Shown: positions 4,976-5,457 of the stretch, in pieces
Layout: every line of letters starts with the position of its first letter
Numbering within the stretch: the first letter of the stretch is position 1
Source of the DNA: a virus
IMG/VR virus record: IMGVR_UViG_3300045747_000744
Coordinates: 1 to 5,457 of that record
Direction: 5' to 3' (one strand)
DNA: 5,457 bases
Made by a program: the position numbers and the translations under genes
Notes under the pieces: model-generated
The model's input: the letters and a program-made list of their open reading frames with translations, nothing else
The model's database searches: none
Told to the model about the DNA's origin: nothing

Positions 4976-5457
4976 ATGTCTTCTTCCCTCGTTGCTTTCG
5001 GTCGCTCCGTCAAGATTCGGCTCGAAGCTTTGCGAGTGCCGGGCCGTCTCGTCTCTATCGATTGGCTCCGGTTCACTTGCCCGCTGCGCTTTGCCCCTAC
5101 CCCTCCTGTTGATGTCCTCTTCCCAAAGACTGGCCCGGTACAAGATGATGATTACCTTACTTGCGACACTTCTCGCCATCTCGCTTGGCTTCGCCTTGAA
5201 CTCTCTAAGCTGCCTGAGCATCAGTACACCTCCGGTGCTCAAGCTCGTAGTCTTGCCGATTACGTGGTATCTCTTCTTGGCGACGGTTTTGCTGTGGCTC
5301 CCGCCGTTTCTAGGGGAGTGGATTTTTATGCGAAAAAATGGGACATCCTCCGGTCTGGCGTTGCGTGCGGTTGGGTGGGATTCGGTGCATCAAGTGATTC
5401 GCCGCGCCAAGCAGCCCAAGCAGAGACAGTTCACTGCTGTCTTAGCGGTCTGGCCTG
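4976..5457 (+). CDS. Replication initiation protein (Rep_trans / RstA type), N-terminal part; runs off the window end and continues at nt 1 (5331-5457 duplicate 1-127)
   Basis: ATG at 4976 is preceded by GAGGT (4966-4970, 5-nt spacer). The upstream in-frame stop is TAG at 4856-4858. Hand translation gives MSSSLVAFGRSVKIRLEALRVPGRLVSIDWLRFTCPLRFAPTPPVDVLFPKTGPVQDDDYLTCDTSRHLAWLRLELSKLPEHQYTSGAQARSLADYVVSLLGDGFAVAPAVSRGVDFYAKKWDILRSGVACGWVGFGASS..., with no stop before the window end. The IDWLRFT motif (5057-5077) is typical of this initiator family. The frame is continuous with 3..809: 355 + 809 = 1164 nt, or 388 codons including the stop. Confidence 0.9.
   Translation, partial: MSSSLVAFGRSVKIRLEALRVPGRLVSIDWLRFTCPLRFAPTPPVDVLFPKTGPVQDDDYLTCDTSRHLAWLRLELSKLPEHQYTSGAQARSLADYVVSLLGDGFAVAPAVSRGVDFYAKKWDILRSGVACGWVGFGASSDSPRQAAQAETVHCCLSGLA
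5331..5457 (+). repeat. Terminal overlap, copy 2 (identical to 1-127)
   Basis: See copy 1. All 127 nt are identical, including the last base of the window. Confidence 0.97.

Noticed and set aside
4855-5076. The 73-aa minus-strand ORF as a possible divergently transcribed repressor upstream of rep (as rstR is in CTXphi).
   Set aside because: About 100 nt of it overlaps the rep N-terminus antisense, including the conserved IDWLRFT region. The rest runs through the big hairpin and the C9 tract. I recognise no helix-turn-helix pattern, and its composition matches the other antisense shadow ORFs.
207-5242. All minus-strand ORFs in the track: 207..794, 539..742, 902..1438, 1800..1982, 2046..2234, 2631..2978, 3003..3626, 3605..3826, 3842..4234, 4691..5242 and 4855..5076.
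   Set aside because: Each lies antisense to a well-supported + strand gene and has no SD-like sequence that I could see. Their products are Arg/Ser/Gly/Thr-rich low-complexity strings, as expected from reading a T-rich coding strand backwards. Single-strand gene polarity is the rule in inoviruses of this layout.
5326-5336. TTATGCGAAAA, resembling the XerC-binding half of a dif site (reverse complement TTTTCGCATAA), right at the circular junction.
   Set aside because: Only one half-site is present. The sequence where the central region and XerD arm should be (AAATCC ACTCCCCTAGA on the complement) bears no resemblance to TTATGTTAAAT. It is inside the rep coding sequence. Other partial TTATG matches (about 2293 and 3294) are equally incomplete.
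1-5457. CRISPR arrays, tRNA or rRNA genes, IS elements, toxin-antitoxin pairs or defence systems.
   Set aside because: No spaced direct repeats, cloverleaf-compatible segments or transposase-like ORFs were seen. Every ORF slot is accounted for by the phage modules. The genome is too compact to hide another cassette.

Overview
The window is best read as one complete, circularly closed genome of about 5,330 nt from a filamentous ssDNA phage (inovirus-like). It carries a 127-nt overlap: nt 1-127 are identical to nt 5331-5457. All convincing genes lie on the + strand in the usual inovirus order. They are a Rep_trans/RstA-type replication initiator that wraps the junction as join(4976..5330,1..809), giving 387 aa, and which the ORF track lists only as a truncated 45..809 fragment. 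Then come a 103-aa unknown ORF, a roughly 101-aa gV-like ssDNA-binding candidate and a 130-aa C-terminally anchored unknown. These are followed by a 63-aa major coat precursor, a strong intrinsic terminator, a 433-aa Cys-rich and Ser/Thr-rich pIII-like adsorption protein, a 99-aa pVI/Ace-like membrane protein and a Zot/pI-type assembly ATPase. A structured intergenic region of about 200 nt (stacked hairpins, C9 tract) sits between zot and rep and probably holds the origin and/or packaging signals. I see no secretin, integrase, transposase, repressor, tRNA, rRNA or CRISPR. I found no defence or toxin system. The novelty is in the phage itself: three unassignable proteins, a possible 18-codon micro-ORF coupled to the coat gene, an unusual adsorption protein and the small genome size. 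Family assignments rest on motifs I recognise by eye, since no searches could be run. Host is undetermined. Standard genetic code (TGA is used as a stop).
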